DNA of 64,000 bases from Ramazzottius varieornatus (taxonomy: Eukaryota > Animalia > Tardigrada). The DNA lies in assembly GCA_001949185.1 (NCBI GenBank), contig BDGG01000013.1, positions 817,226 through 881,225 of the forward strand, in the 5' to 3' direction. The position numbers and the translations under genes are program-made. The notes under the pieces were generated by a model. It saw only the letters and a list, made by a program, of their open reading frames with translations, searched no databases and had not been told where the DNA came from. Below are positions 1 to 21,960 of this stretch, one piece after another (positions within the stretch are counted from its first letter, which is position 1; the number at the start of each line of letters is the position of its first letter).

Positions 1-1142
1 TGGTCTCTGAGGAAATGTCGATGAAAATCGAAAACTTTCTTTGACTTACCGGAAACAGTAAAGGTGTTCAGAAGTACATTTACTTCGTTTTTACTGCCGG
101 TGACTCCATGCTATCCATGATACAAGGACCAGTAGACACCCCAAGAACTTAGTGGTGCTATACGGGGTAGACAATGACTCCGCTCTTTCAGGATTTTCTC
201 CAGCTCCAGGGAGGGGTTCATAGCACCACTTCCTGCTCTTTATAGTAAGCCAAGAGACATACCGTTCAGGTAAAAGCATCAAAACGAAGACCGGCGTCTG
301 ATCGTCCTGACAGTTTCCTCGTGAGTCTCTCGTAGAGCGGACTGTTTACTTCGGACGAAATCGCGGACATGACACTCTACTTGGCGAACGGAAGCAAGTA
401 CAACGGCAAACCACCTTTGGGCCGACGAGCACCTCCAGTCGTCAGCTCCAAGACCACGGCGTAAGTTGATACGTGCGAAGTGTTTGTGGTAGGCGACTAA
501 AATGTGCCGGTTCGACATGCTCTTTACTTACAGTGTCCGCGTGCGTTCGCCCGATGGTCGATTGTTCGACATTCAGTGGGATCTACTGGAGGTTGCCCTG
601 AACGGGAAGTAAGTGAAAGCGAGTTGAGGTCTAAGATGCTCAGTTTTGTTTTTGAAGTCATATCGCATCGGTCTACGGCTCTGTTTTAGGTCTGCTACAT
701 GCGGGTGTGACTGTAATGCGGAACCGAAGATGCGTTGCGAGTTTCAGAAGCAACAACTAGCTACTGCCAACAAGCACAGCTGTGACCCATACCATCGAGG
801 AGGATACCATGGTGAGGCGCGCGGATTGGTTCCACAGTTGCAGTGAAAACCTCGGCTGCGTGAGTGCCATGATTCGCTTACGGGAATCTTTTCTACAGTT
901 TTCTTTTTCGTGTTTCTTGTTGAGTGCTCTTCTGGTCTGTCACTTCGAAACAACATTGGACGCTGTCAGCATTGTTTTCAGTTCCTATTCCGTGGGGTTG
1001 TAATCTTCTTCTCGACGTGGTCGCCGTTTTCACCGAGTTACAATTGGATGTCATGGCGGACCTTTCCGTGCGAAGAGCTTCGCCTGAGTCTGACTCTGAC
1101 ACTCTGACACTCTGACACCGCGTAGGACAATTGTGCTCGGAG

Positions 1143-1225
1143 AGGTCAAGGGTCACTACAAAAATGGAGCAAGGTCAGGGTCAAGTGCTTGGCCTACGGT
1201 CAGACCAGTGGTCACGTTAAGGTCG
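1143..1225 (+). promoter_or_regulatory. Cluster of nuclear-receptor-type half sites upstream of the ABCC gene
   Basis: AGGTCA-A-GGGTCA (DR1, 1143-1155), AGGTCA-GGGTCA (DR0, 1172-1183) and further GGTCA cores. An inverted CCAAT (ATTGG) lies near 1242. Confidence 0.3.
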
Positions 1226-2392
1226 CACCTTTTATGCTCTGATTGGCTACTTTTGTGAACTATTTTTTAATCGCCAGAAAAGTCCCAAAATTACCTGCAT
1301 GCACGTGATAGTGTTCCAGGAAACTTTCGATTATTTTCCAGTGCAGAATCGTCATCTTTAAAAGATTACACCCACAGCTGGGTGAGAAGTTTCACAGACC
1401 AAATTAATATACTCTTACTTAGAAGTCAAACTCATCGTAGTATACAGAAGATTTTTGTTTTCCCCTACACCAATTTAATCCACTTATGTCGCCCGGGCAT
1501 AGTCTTTTTTCAACGGTACTGGATTTACTGGTACTCGTTAGCACAGCAAGCAGAGTAACCAGAAACTATTGGTGCGCGAAAGTCTAAAGGCCTGAAGATT
1601 TTCCTGGTTCGATTCATCTGACTGAGATTCTTGTTTGATGTTCCAATCATTTTCGTTTGTTCCAGCAAAGCGCGAGTTAACCCACGCTCTTTGTGATGAG
1701 TGATTACTGTGGAAGGCTGATGCAAACCGTCGCTGTTTGATCAAATAAAAGTCGAAAAGTTGAGATAATGACGCAGCCTTATCTGGCGCACACATCTTTC
1801 GTGAATGATAGGCCTCGCGTACACGCCGTACACGCAGTGCGACTGTGAAACTCGAATCCCATCTCACTGGCGCAATTACGAGAATTTCAGTTCTTTACAG
1901 TTAATGCAGTATTGTGGCCTAATTAGTGAATCAAAGAGGTCAGGATGCCGCGGCCCAATTTTTCGTGATCTTTGACGACTCCGAGCACCATTGGGCCATT
2001 AGCGTAGGACGTCATCTCACCTGCGTTATTACAGCGACTGGATTGATTCTTGATTAGTGCAGTCCAAATTACGATAGAACGTCTTTTCATTAATTTTTCT
2101 GCTCCATTTTGATTTTGTTGATCTCAACGACATTCTTATCGCTGGTCTGCGTGTCAAAGGTTGGCTGCTCGTGCAAGAAGTGGCATCACGGTACCGTCTT
2201 GGCGTTGGCCGTTCGAGGGACCGTGTGACGGCTTGCGATCCAGAGACGGAATGAGACGTCGAAGGAATCTGGGAGTATGCTACCATCAATTCCCGCTACA
2301 ATTCTTGGGTCTGGACTCTTGGAGCTGTCCTCCGTGATATTTGATTAGATTCCCGCTTGGAAATCGGCGATTGGGAAAAGTGAACCATAACC

Positions 2393-11095
<8,703 letters not shown>

Positions 11096-11529
11096 ATTTT
11101 GAACTTGTTGGAATTTCTGAAGGGTGAAAGGCCGACTTCCGTTCTGTTACTTTTTTGGAAATTTCCTCCTGGCTTTTAGTGGATATTTAGTTTGTTGATA
11201 TTTTAGAAGCGCCTATTAGGAACATGGAATTTGGATTTTATTATCAGTACCATGCCTTTGTTTGCCTTTCTCCGACTGTGAATTTTTCGGACGCACCTCT
11301 ACAATGGTTTCATGTGATTTTCCTCTAATTGCTCAATATTCCGCAATTTTTTGTTTTTGCCGAAAGTACTGCGGATAAACTGGAGCTTCGAAGCAAGCTC
11401 TGGGTATTTGACGGGACACTGTAACCGAAAGAGCTGTGAAGATGACTGTAGAAAAGTGCGAGTAGTGACGGCTGGTATCGTGCCGTTGTCTCAAAGGGAA
11501 AACTCTAGTTATTTTTTCGAATCAGGAAA

Positions 11530-14500
11530 TCAAACCATTACGACGGGAATCTGATTTTTCGAATTCATACGAGACAACCGAATGGATTCTGCGTCCATCG
11601 GTGGGCCGTTCCGCCGGAGAGCTTTCTTGACATTGAGTAAATACTGGTATTCGTTGCTGTTGCCCCGGAAGTTCCTGACGTCCAGGTTGCGGGTGAAGGA
11701 GGACAAGTCCGCTTCGAGGTGGTCGCCCTCTCGCTGACGTGAGGTTTCGTAGCAGCCCAAGGCTGATAGCTTGCGATGACAGTGGAACTTGAGTATCCCG
11801 CGGACTTGCCGGTTACAAAAGCAGTACATCACCGAGACAAAGAAACCCTGAGAGGAAACCAGCACAGCTGTAATGAGCTGGAATACCGTCCGAGTTGTCC
11901 CGCGTTCGGAAGGCTGAACGATAACCAACAAATACGTCAAACCTGACGAAAAAACCAGTCCATTATACAGCACAGCTTTTTCGAATTGCAATAGAAATGC
12001 CGCCGAACTGAATTTGTTCTTTTTCTACAGTTTAGAATGGGAAAGCAATGCTCAGCTTACCGAGTAGTGGCATCAAAATGAGGAAACTTCGGACGCCGCG
12101 GCCGACTTGTGAGGACGCTGTGGCGTTGGTACTGTTGCGACTGTTTCTGGTACTGCTAGGTCGGCGGCTGATCTTTTGCAGAATCGTATGCAGTCTGTCC
12201 AGGAATAACAATCAATGCAGTGAACGAAGGCAGTGGCAGCGGACTGCGTGAAGTCGAACTTACGCGGTAATGAGGAGGACCAGATTGATCTGCAGCGGGA
12301 AGGGTACATGTGAATGCATGAGGGCGTGACCAAATTGCACCTTTTATTAAGTGGAAACGTATTTTGGGAACTTACGGCGAGGACCGTGAGGATAGGTGCG
12401 ATGAAGATGTAGTTGTATCCGGAAAGAACTTTGAGCCAGTCCGCGTGGTCGTCGAAGAAAATCTTGACCACCGCCCATGTGGACGTGATGATGACTGGAA
12501 CCACTGAATTTATAATGGATTGTTCAGTGACACTGACCAGAAAAAATTGTAGCCAAATGATGGGCGGTCCTACGTTCACCTTGCTATTCGGTACTGTTCA
12601 GAATATTGTCGAAAAAAATAAAAAGCGTATCAAAAGCATATCAAAAGCATAAAAAGCATAGAAAGCATGAAAAGCATAAAACGCTCAACTGATCGATTCA
12701 ATTAGCTACAGTATATCGAAAACTAACAGACTATCATTTAAGGCAGTTCTAAATTTGGTGGGTGAATTCTGTTAATATAATTGAGCAGAAATTATATTAC
12801 CCCATCCAAGTACTGCGAAAGGCCAGTACGTCAATTGCTCCAGCTTATGAGGTCGGAAGAGAATGCATGTCATGAAGATGCCTTCACACAAAGCCCAGAA
12901 GAAGGTCGTCATGTCGCAGTATGTGAAGGCGATGATCATTCCACGTAGTACCGGCTAAGGAAACAGCGGTAAAGTTACTTGTCCAACACGGAAATGAATA
13001 GTACTCCTGCGCGGCAGATCGACATTACCGGTACGACGGTAACAACATCGGCTTGGTTGGGGTCGACCGGAAGATCATCCATGTGCAGCGTCATCACAAC
13101 CCAGGCAATGGCCGACAGTACGTAGGTCATGATCAGGTTGAGATGAATGACGTTGCGCAGACTACAGAGGGATCGAAAGCGCAGGTAGATCAGGAGGGCC
13201 AACAGGCAGGAGGCAGTGGACAAGGAGTATCCGCAGTAGTGCAGAATGGTAGTCAACAGGTTCAAGGCGTTTGCCAACTACAAGGAAAACCATTAGGGAA
13301 GTAGCATCAATAACGCCTGAGCTGGATGTTACTCTGCGTCATAAAGCGCTCAGTTGCGGAAGTCCCTTAAGCGTCAAGCCGTTAACCGGTGAAGTATTCT
13401 GGTAAATCGGTCATCAATTTGAATTCTGGATCAACACTTTAGTTCTCCGCTTTTCTGGATACACGGGATCGTAGTCCCAAAACGTAATCATGTTCGGGAC
13501 CAAGTCTGCTGAAATCTAGACTCCGGTTGTGGCAGAGTGGATTGGCCTTGAAAATAATTCACTGTTGACCTCGACAAGTGAGTTCGCGCAGATCGTTATT
13601 TCAGGTGGCGAACTATCACACTGTTTTTGGCAGTGGGCGTGCGCCACTCGGAGAAAGATTTGAGTGGATAAATTTCCAGACGTCTCAGTTTGCGAAAGCG
13701 TCCTCTGAATTTTGCTCAATATGGGTAATATCGATTGTGCCAGCCATATTTTGTACAAGATGCGGATCTGCTCGGCAGTTGGTTGTTGGGAACTTCCGGT
13801 CTTCTCCTGGGACATTTTCTTCTACCTGGTTGCCATCGAGTTCAGCGCCGGTGTCGACCGCCAGACGGTGATCAATACAATCACTGTAGTTGTTGAAGGA
13901 GGACCAGCTCCCATTGGCGTAGCATTCTCGTGAGGCGGTTGCTGTAACCAACGAAAGAAAAAAAACACGAAATCAATCAGCTGATGACAGAAAAGTACGC
14001 ACTACTGCCTCCTCGGCGATTAACTTGCTACTGAGATTAATCCCGAGGGAATCGACTGAATCGAGTCCGACAAGCTGACGATTGCTGCCAGGCTTGAATG
14101 ATACGGTGAAGTTTGTGCGTCACGCTCCGTTGCCAGCTTCTTTTCACAGAAAAGATTTCGCTGTAGATAAGGGAAGTGATTTCAGAGCCGGGAGCTTACC
14201 GTTGGTTGTGTAGACGTAGCTTATTCCATTGAGCTCCTTAAGGCAAGGCACCAAGGCGAAGGACCCGGCAGAAACTGGCGGCCAGCAGGAAGCTATGTTC
14301 ATATCCGCTGGGCAGAATGTCTCACCTTTGGAAAAAAGAAGGCAGGAGATTCAGACAGGCCAAATGCCGATTTATGGGATTAGTTCAGAAACGATGAAAG
14401 TGATGGTACTCTACTCCTATGTGTTGAATGCGTTCGATCCTGACCTATGGCAAGCTGGCCAGTGATCTCGCGATGGTCTTTTCCCCAAGTCACGCATTTC

Positions 14501-15056
14501 CCCTGTTATTGTCTGGTTACGTGTGCCACTTACAATACCATTATCCGGAGGCTGTTTGCCGGCTTCCCATATTTTATAAATATCTTACCGTGGCTGAAAT
14601 TCCTACGTTCCTTCCGCGCGTCAGACTAGAGCAAGGTCGTGAGCCTGTGGCTTACGTTTTAGACTAGAGCTTTTCATATGTTCGCCAACGGAATGCAAGA
14701 AGCTTGATTCGCAGATTTTGAAAACTTTTAACCGTGAAAAAGGCTTGACACTGGAAAATTCCGGATAACTGTTGATTTCGTAGGTGTGTGAAATGTGTTG
14801 AACATCAACCTGATGGGTGTATCGCTTGCTGTTCAATTGGCAATAAAGTTCACTCAACATGTAGCAAAGGACACCATGAAGAAAGCCAAGTGGTGCGTAA
14901 GTAAAATTGATAGTGCGTACCATCATTGACAAGACGCTTGGTTGCTTCGGCGTAAAGCTCGCTGCACATTTGGGAGAGTTCCAAGTCCGGTTCTAAGCTG
15001 TCGTGACAGGAGTTGTTCTTGCCGTCGCACAGATCGACAGCGGCGATGTGAGCCAT
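11530..15056 (-). CDS. Class B (secretin-family) GPCR, CRF/diuretic hormone 44 receptor-like, multi-exon
   Basis: Hormone-binding ectodomain motifs CP...SCWPP...VPC and RECYANGSW...NYSDC. TM1-2 FRSLCSLRNVIHLNL, TM3 FFWALCEG, TM4 LGWV, TM6 LILMPLLG, TM7 SSQGFFVSVMYCFCN. GT-AG introns join the exons in frame. Confidence 0.88.
12620..12682. repeat. AAAAGCAT-based minisatellite in a GPCR intron
   Basis: About six imperfect 9-11 bp units (aaaagcgtatc aaaagcatatc aaaagcata ...). Confidence 0.7.
13568..13687. repeat. Family A hairpin repeat, class B GPCR intron
   Basis: CAGATCGTTATTTCAGGTGGCGAAC-loop-GTGCGCCACTCGGAGAAAGATTTG. Confidence 0.75.
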
Positions 15057-18000
15057 CTTAATTCCCTCCGCACAACAAAAAATGACCTTCGGTATGCCGG
15101 ATTACACAGTGGAAAACATGTTGGGGATGTTATGCAACATGCGAATACATCCGTCAATCAAGCGGAACAATAAGGGTGATGATTTGCTCCAGTCGGCAGA
15201 GTGTCAAATGTGATCACTAATCACCACCGGCGCAACAACGTGGAGTAATGGTCACTAGAGACCCCGCGAACACCTGACTTCCGTTGGAGTAATTACCAAC
15301 GAGACACCCGTTGACAAGTTGAGAAGTTTACCGCCCAAAGTCAGTCAAGCTGAAGTAAATTTGACCTCAGATAAGCCGATGTACACGTTAGACTGTGAAC
15401 AAGAATACACAGTTTTACGATCAGAAAAGCGTCTTGGCTAGAAAAGAAGGATAAACGAAACCACCCGAACAGCGTGCTCGGAAAATGCCTTGGATTACCT
15501 GAACCCGGAAGTCTGTTCATTGTTCGACTTTTCTTGGAAGGTTCTCTAATAATATTTTTGCAAGACGACGTCAAGATGATACGCATATCCAGTATCATCC
15601 GCAAATATTTCTAGTGAAAGCACGATTGCCGAGTTGACATAAAAAGCAACAGTTGCGGTATCGGATTCATTGGCTGATGTCAACCAGAATAAAGACCAAG
15701 TTACTGTAAGTCGGTAACTGATGAGCCGGAAGAATAATATTATCCCAAGAATATCTCCCCATCATGGTTGAATCTCAAAGAGTATACGGGCTCGGTACAA
15801 CGAAGATTCGAAGCTGAAATTGACAGGCGGTAGCAGATGAATGACAACGTAATGGTGTTTGTGCATTGCTTCAGGCGGGATCAGACAATACTCCAGCACA
15901 ACTTGTGGTTATCCCAGTACGTCATCACACTCCAGGCTTGATAAAACTCATCGAACGGTACACCGAGCTTGTCCCCGAAAGTTCCAGCTGGAAATTACGA
16001 TTCGGCTACTTCATCGGGGAAAAACATGACACAGCAAAGTGGTATGCAATTATGCAAATTATAATTACAGACAAGAAAGCAAACGAACCATGATCTTCCG
16101 GCTGCAGTCAATATGTTACCCCTGATCATGAAGAACCATAAGAAGCCATAGCCTGTACTGCACAGACAAGAAAGAAGGGACCTGGAAAGTCGCAGGCTCC
16201 AAGTTGGACGGAAGTAATAATCAGTGAACACAAGATGCCAATCGGCCAAGTATCCCACTTCGGGTCCATATCCGCTGTGCATTGCCAAAGCGGATATGTC
16301 ATGTAGCTTGTTTCAGCATGTAGGCTATAAATGGACCGCCTTTTCCATCTCCACTGTGGAGCACAGTGTGAAGAGTTGATGATGTACAGATCTGCGCTGT
16401 TGATACTCCTTACTGACGTCTAGAATAAACTATCGGTGTCCTGAAGGACAACATGGACGTGTCGAGAACATTTACTCCCACCATCAACACACAATGCATT
16501 ACCACACGAAACTACAGGAAGTCCTTGTTCCTATTAATCTTGCTCTTGTTCAAGGACCAATGAAACTAAAACTAGACAAAATCTGTGAATGGGCCAATTC
16601 TTTAACACATTGTTGTCGACTTTAGGTTGTTCACAACAGGTCCATGTCGCCGCTTGGTTGGAATGCAACATTGACGTGACCCGTCACATGTCATCCTGGT
16701 AAATGTGGCGATGTTTTCACGGTAGATTTTTGTTCCGGCCGAGAATGTCTGTGTTACTGTATTACGTATTTAGCAAGACATTCGGTCGACAGTGGAATAT
16801 CTTAGTGATGGCGTGACTCGCTGTAGGAACCTTTTCCTTGTGTGCAACCCCGGTGATGCTTCCGGCATCTGAGCTTGACTCCGTGTTGAACTTGAAAACA
16901 CGATGGTAGGTATCCAATGACTCGCAGGAAGCCCGTTTGAATTACTAACAGCAGGATGTCGCATTGCGTGCTCACAGGGCTTCCTCCTCTGGATCTCCTG
17001 ATTTATGAGGCTGGATTGCTCCAAACACTCTGCATCACTCACGCAACCGCTCTTCGGGTGGTCATTCAGAAAATTTTTGGATGCAGTAGGCGGTGAGTAT
17101 GTTCATTGTTGTCATCGCTGTGAAATGAAGCGGAACGATGTATTAAAGACAATCACCACCGGAATTTTGCCGCTTTTTCAAAGCTGAGAAGGCATCTCAC
17201 TGTTCCACGTACAGCGTGCGGGGAGTCCGTTGTATGGAAAGCACGCTTACTGTAGCTATGTATGTAAGTAGTGCAAGGGTTGGTTTGTAAGAGTACAGTC
17301 CGGTCGCCTGAGAAGTGGACACTATTTTTCAATTTCAAAAATGCTAAATCAGGGCAACCACAAGAGCTCGCCACTTTCGATTGTTTCTTCGTTCGTTCAC
17401 GCAACACAAGCAATTGTTTGTGTTGCATTCACTTTTTGTTCTCTGTTCAAAGTATCGAACTTAATATCGCACCCTGTCTTTATCAGACGAGCAGCGGAGA
17501 TTCAGGAAGACGTTTTCGGATTGAGGAGTTGTTCGACAGACGGAGATCCAATGGAGTACATCTTGCAGATAACCAGCGAACAACGAAAGGCACTTCCGGT
17601 GGAGGCTTATAACGGACAAATCCCTGTCCAGAATACTGGACTCGCTTACCACGGAAATGGCTTCGTGGTAAGGGAGTCCAGCTATGGCGGATGGTCAGTG
17701 GTTGACGGCTCGGCTATGCGAAACTGCTTTCGAAAATCTGGCGCCTTTCACATGGTGGAGAAGGATAGATCGATTTTCTCTCATAATAATTGTTAGTGAA
17801 CTCTTGAAGTCACGTGATCGCGTTGAACAAACATTGAGCATCAAGGGTCGCTTTGAAGATCAGACAGCAGAATGTCCGGTCTAAAGTTATGAATTTTTGA
17901 GCGAAGGATTAGGGGGGATCGGTTTTTTCTTGTAGGCAGTGTAGAACGCATTCGTACTACAGGTGCTGAAGTATGACTTGTCCCCTTTGCCTCTGCCGAA

Positions 18001-18602
18001 GTTTACATTTTTTCTGACGCCATACCTCAATCTTTTCGATCAAATTGTACAGTCATACTGGCACGGAACTCCAGAGATCTTTTTGAGAGACATTTCGTTC
18101 CATTGCTGCAAAAGCCTGGCAGAAGAGGGGCAATAATCTTCGTCACGCCACTTTTCAAAGCCACTTCCGGTAAAATTGGTTTATCTCGCTGGAGAAGGTC
18201 CAGTGTCTTGAGCAGGTGATAATCTGTTAGCAGGAGGATCCTACTATAAGAAGCCTGAATGGGAAATACCAGTTCCTATTTCTGCAGTTTTGCGGAAGTG
18301 TTTTGCTCAGAGTGCACTCCGAAGAGAACATGCAACAGTAGTAAGTCCAATCCGTGAATTAATTTCGTCTGTTCGACGCGAAGGTTTCCATAAATGGGTT
18401 TTGTCAAATAAGATTCCCTTTTTTCGCGAGAATTCTGAATCCTGCTTTTTCGACGTGAAGTTGTAGAGAAAAATCAGGCTATCGCATGGAATCAACTGTC
18501 ACGAAATGACATGACTAGATTTGGAGAAATGAATTTCCAAAATTTTCACCTCTGCAGCATTTTGGATTGGGCAATTCCACCAACCTTTTACGGCTTCCTT
18601 AG

Positions 18603-18717
18603 CTACACGCATGACGTCATCGCACGCGTGAAGTCTGACCCAGTACAGACATCAGTTGCTGCCTACTCCCCAGGCAATGCTTCGCGCGTACGCTGACGTC
18701 ACGCGTAGTCTATAAAG
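18603..18717 (+). promoter_or_regulatory. Palindromic element with two perfect CRE sites next to a TATA box
   Basis: TGACGTCA at 18612-18619 and 18694-18701 in inverted arms, with TATAAAG at 18711-18717. The interior resembles the core of MITE family B. Confidence 0.45.
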
Positions 18718-19502
18718 CAGTAGTAACTGGACCCCAATCTTTTTCCTTCCATAACTTTTCTACTCGTTGTCGGACAGGACTTCTGTTACGTATGTTCGAT
18801 AGACCATTAAACTCTCTACAAACCTGCATGAGCGCGGTCAGTCAAATACCTAAACGCAAGATCTAAAAATGCATCTCCTGAACAATCGGGTGTGACACGA
18901 TCGGTCAACACATTGTCGTCCACTTTCGATTTCAGTCTTCCGACTTTTGAATGAAAAATCCTCCAGAAAGAAAACGATCAAGCCGATACCTCACGATAAA
19001 ACTGTTAGGTGTTTCATTGCCGAACACGGATCGTATTTTGTCGGCGGTGCGAGATGCTTTCCTGCCTCGAAAAAATTGAAACACCAAACTCCCCGAAATT
19101 AAAATTATGGATGACTCCGTCGAAATAATTCCTGGCGCACTTCAGAGCTAAGAAACCTGAATCAATAAAGTGTCAAACCAGGGACGAGAGTTGATAGACT
19201 GACACGAGAAAATGTTCAAAACGAGAGGACGAGGGAGAGCAGAACTATGAATTTTCGAAGTCAAGATGTTTAAGGGGGACAAGTAATATTTCCGCACCTG
19301 ATACACTCGCGAAATACATTCGACTAGCATTTTTGCACTGCTAATCTCCGGGTGGTGTCTGTGTCTCACGCGGATGCTGAAATCCCCGAAAATGCACTGC
19401 ATCCGATGCATCTATCTGATGCATCTTGGAAGTACAGTATCGAAGCAATCGTTTCAGAAAGAAATGTCGTACCCGACTGACCATGACGTCATTGATCGTA
19501 TA

Positions 19503-20380
19503 CACTGAGCCCCATAATTATCTGACCACCCCCATTTTTTCAGAATTTCATAACTTATTTCGCTCTAACCCGATTTTGATTTTTCGAACGTCCTTATGGA
19601 GATCAGTGTCTCATCTTCACGACCACGTAATTTTCGTATGAATCAATCAGCAAATCAACTGGCAGTCTCATCCCTACAAACACCTAAAACTGCCTTGTTT
19701 TCAGAGTTGCGGGTGCCAGCCATCAGATAGCACATTTATGGTTGTTGTTGTTATATAACTCCAACATTAAGCTTTCAAGTAAACCCATGTGAGAATTTTT
19801 GAAACTCTGCGGAAAAAGTTTCGTTGACATACCTACATGCATCTTTTGCCGCATGAAACGCGCTACTTCATGGTTACCTTTCGATGTCTTCCGTTTCGAC
19901 TGACCGAATGACTCTAACTACAAAGTCTGATTATCTTCATGACATATGTCACCATTTGGACGTAACTTGGCCATCAAGGATCTCGAAGACAAGGCGTCGT
20001 GAATATGCACCACCGAAAATAACCGAGAATACTTCCTGGTTGACACGACAACACAGCTTTTTCTGCATATCTGCAAAAGTTTCCCACATGGGCTTACTTG
20101 AAAGCTTGATGTTGGGGCTACGTAATAGTAAGAAGCATGATGTGCTGTCTGCTGGCTAGCTCCCGCAACTCGGAGCCGAAAACAAGGCAGTTTCAGGTGT
20201 TCGTAGAGATGGTACTGCCAGTTGATTTGCTGATTGATTCATACGGAAGTCACGTGGTCGTAAAGATCAAACACTGCTCTCTATAAAGACGTTCAGAATA
20301 TCAAAGACGGGTCAGTGCAAAATTAGTTATGAAGTTTTGAAATAATAATGGGGGTGGACAGATAAATATGGGACTCAGTG
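19503..20380. mobile_element. Non-autonomous Tc1/mariner-like element with long (~320 bp) imperfect TIRs
   Basis: TA|CACTGAGCCCCATAATTATCTG...CAGATAAATATGGGACTCAGTG|TA. Segment 19503-~19828 is the reverse complement of ~20048-20380. No transposase ORF. Confidence 0.85.
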
Positions 20381-20821
20381 TAGCTTACTGCATACTGCAG
20401 TAACCAGCAGGTACCACGGGATCCGTGGCCGATAACAGGACAAATGCCTACTGGTTGAAACCATCAAACCTAGTACTTGAAACTGTCGATCGGTTGTAAC
20501 ATACGTGCCACGTTTTGTGCCGTAGGCTATTCAGTCAAACACTATTCATGGCCCACGGTGCAAAACATAGCACGTACGTCCCAATGATCGGTAGTTTGAA
20601 GTACGTGGGCAAAATGAAACGTCAAAACGAAAGGAGAACCTGCAACGGACCTGGGGTGATTCGACGTGGAGCAAGCGAGCCAGCTCCCAGAATTACCTGC
20701 TTCACAATGGGCCATTCTCTATACAGTAATACCCCTACCAAGTGTGCTCGGGCCCACTGTAGGCGTGTCCATTTCCTGGCGTATCCTTTTGGCGACGCCC
20801 CAAATAATCCGTTTGGGTGAC

Positions 20822-20991
20822 TAGCGCTGGCAAAAGTACGATAAAGTTCGATACGATATTTTTCGATACAATATCGGCGGATATTTTATTGCGGTCTTCG
20901 ATATTCATTCGGTATTAATATTTCGATACGATATATTTCGATACGATATATTTCGATACGATATCGATATACCGTATTGTTACCAGCACTA
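20822..20991. mobile_element. hAT-like MITE with internal minisatellite
   Basis: 8-bp TSD TGGGTGAC (20814-20821 and 20992-20999). TIRs TAGCGCTGGCAA / TTACCAGCACTA. Internal TTCGATACGATATAT-type repeats. Confidence 0.88.
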
Positions 20992-21960
20992 TGGGTGACG
21001 CAAGTTACTGATACGTTTTTGTGGGTGGGTCAGTGCAAGATGACGCGGGATGATTTCAGGGGGGGTAGAAGGTCCGTTTTGCCTAAACTCCAATGATGTT
21101 ATACTTGCATGTTGCCTACAATAGCCTGAGGATTGTCGTAAGAGCGACCGTTCGACCGCAGGAAAGCCATGGGGAGTATATTGACTTCCTGCTGGACGGT
21201 CGGGATCGGGCTCACCGTGACTCCATATGGCTACCAAGTGAGATGGGAACTTTCAGGATCGTGAAAATCAGTCTGGGCTTTCGATCCAATCATATGGGCA
21301 ACAACTTGGACTGTGAGAAAACTCTCCCCATGCAACAAACTGCGTGCTACCTCATGTAAATCCCGAAGGCGAGAAAAGCCTTTTCCGGCCTGAACAAAAT
21401 CCTCATGTTTTTATTATCCACGAACTCTTTGAAGATTGTTTTCGCTCCCTTTTTTTGGCTACTGTCAAGAACTCAATTGAATCTGGCTCTTTTTTGTTGT
21501 CTGGTCCGGATGACTTCATTAGGTTCGACTCAAGATGTTGGAATTCGAACTTTGTTCCCGGAGTAATCAGGCTGGACTGTCTTACTGTACTACGTGTAGC
21601 GACACGGTTCGTGGCAGCCGCCTTTATAAGAGTGCGCTCGGAAAGCTCGCTAAACTCTGACCGAATTTCCCAGAGGACTGCCACCATTTGGCGCCTGGCT
21701 TTTGGCGGTGTTGCGATCATGACCGACATTCAAGCGAGAAAATTCATGACTTTACATTAGCTGCCACGCGAGCAATTTGAAGGATATCGCTAGGTCGCAA
21801 ACGAAAAATAAGTCTGCGTAACTTACATAACCTGAACCTCGACGCCCATCCCGTGCAAGCACAGTACGGTATCATCGCGCTGGAGATTTCATACCTGCGC
21901 TTCAATTCATGTCTGCACTGTCGGTCGGTCAGGAACGCTTTCGTTTCCCGAACAGTAAAC

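Noticed and set aside
1-1160. Possible minus-strand gene start (TATA-like near 240, ATG near 118) and short ORFs
   Set aside because: No recognisable protein motif, and any gene would run off the window edge.
15840-16430. Possible decayed minus-strand membrane protein (LYIIN, WPIGILC fragments)
   Set aside because: Many stops and frame changes are needed, and the similarity is too weak to support by eye.
17341-17796. 151-aa plus-strand ORF
   Set aside because: No motif, splice structure or homology that I can recognise.
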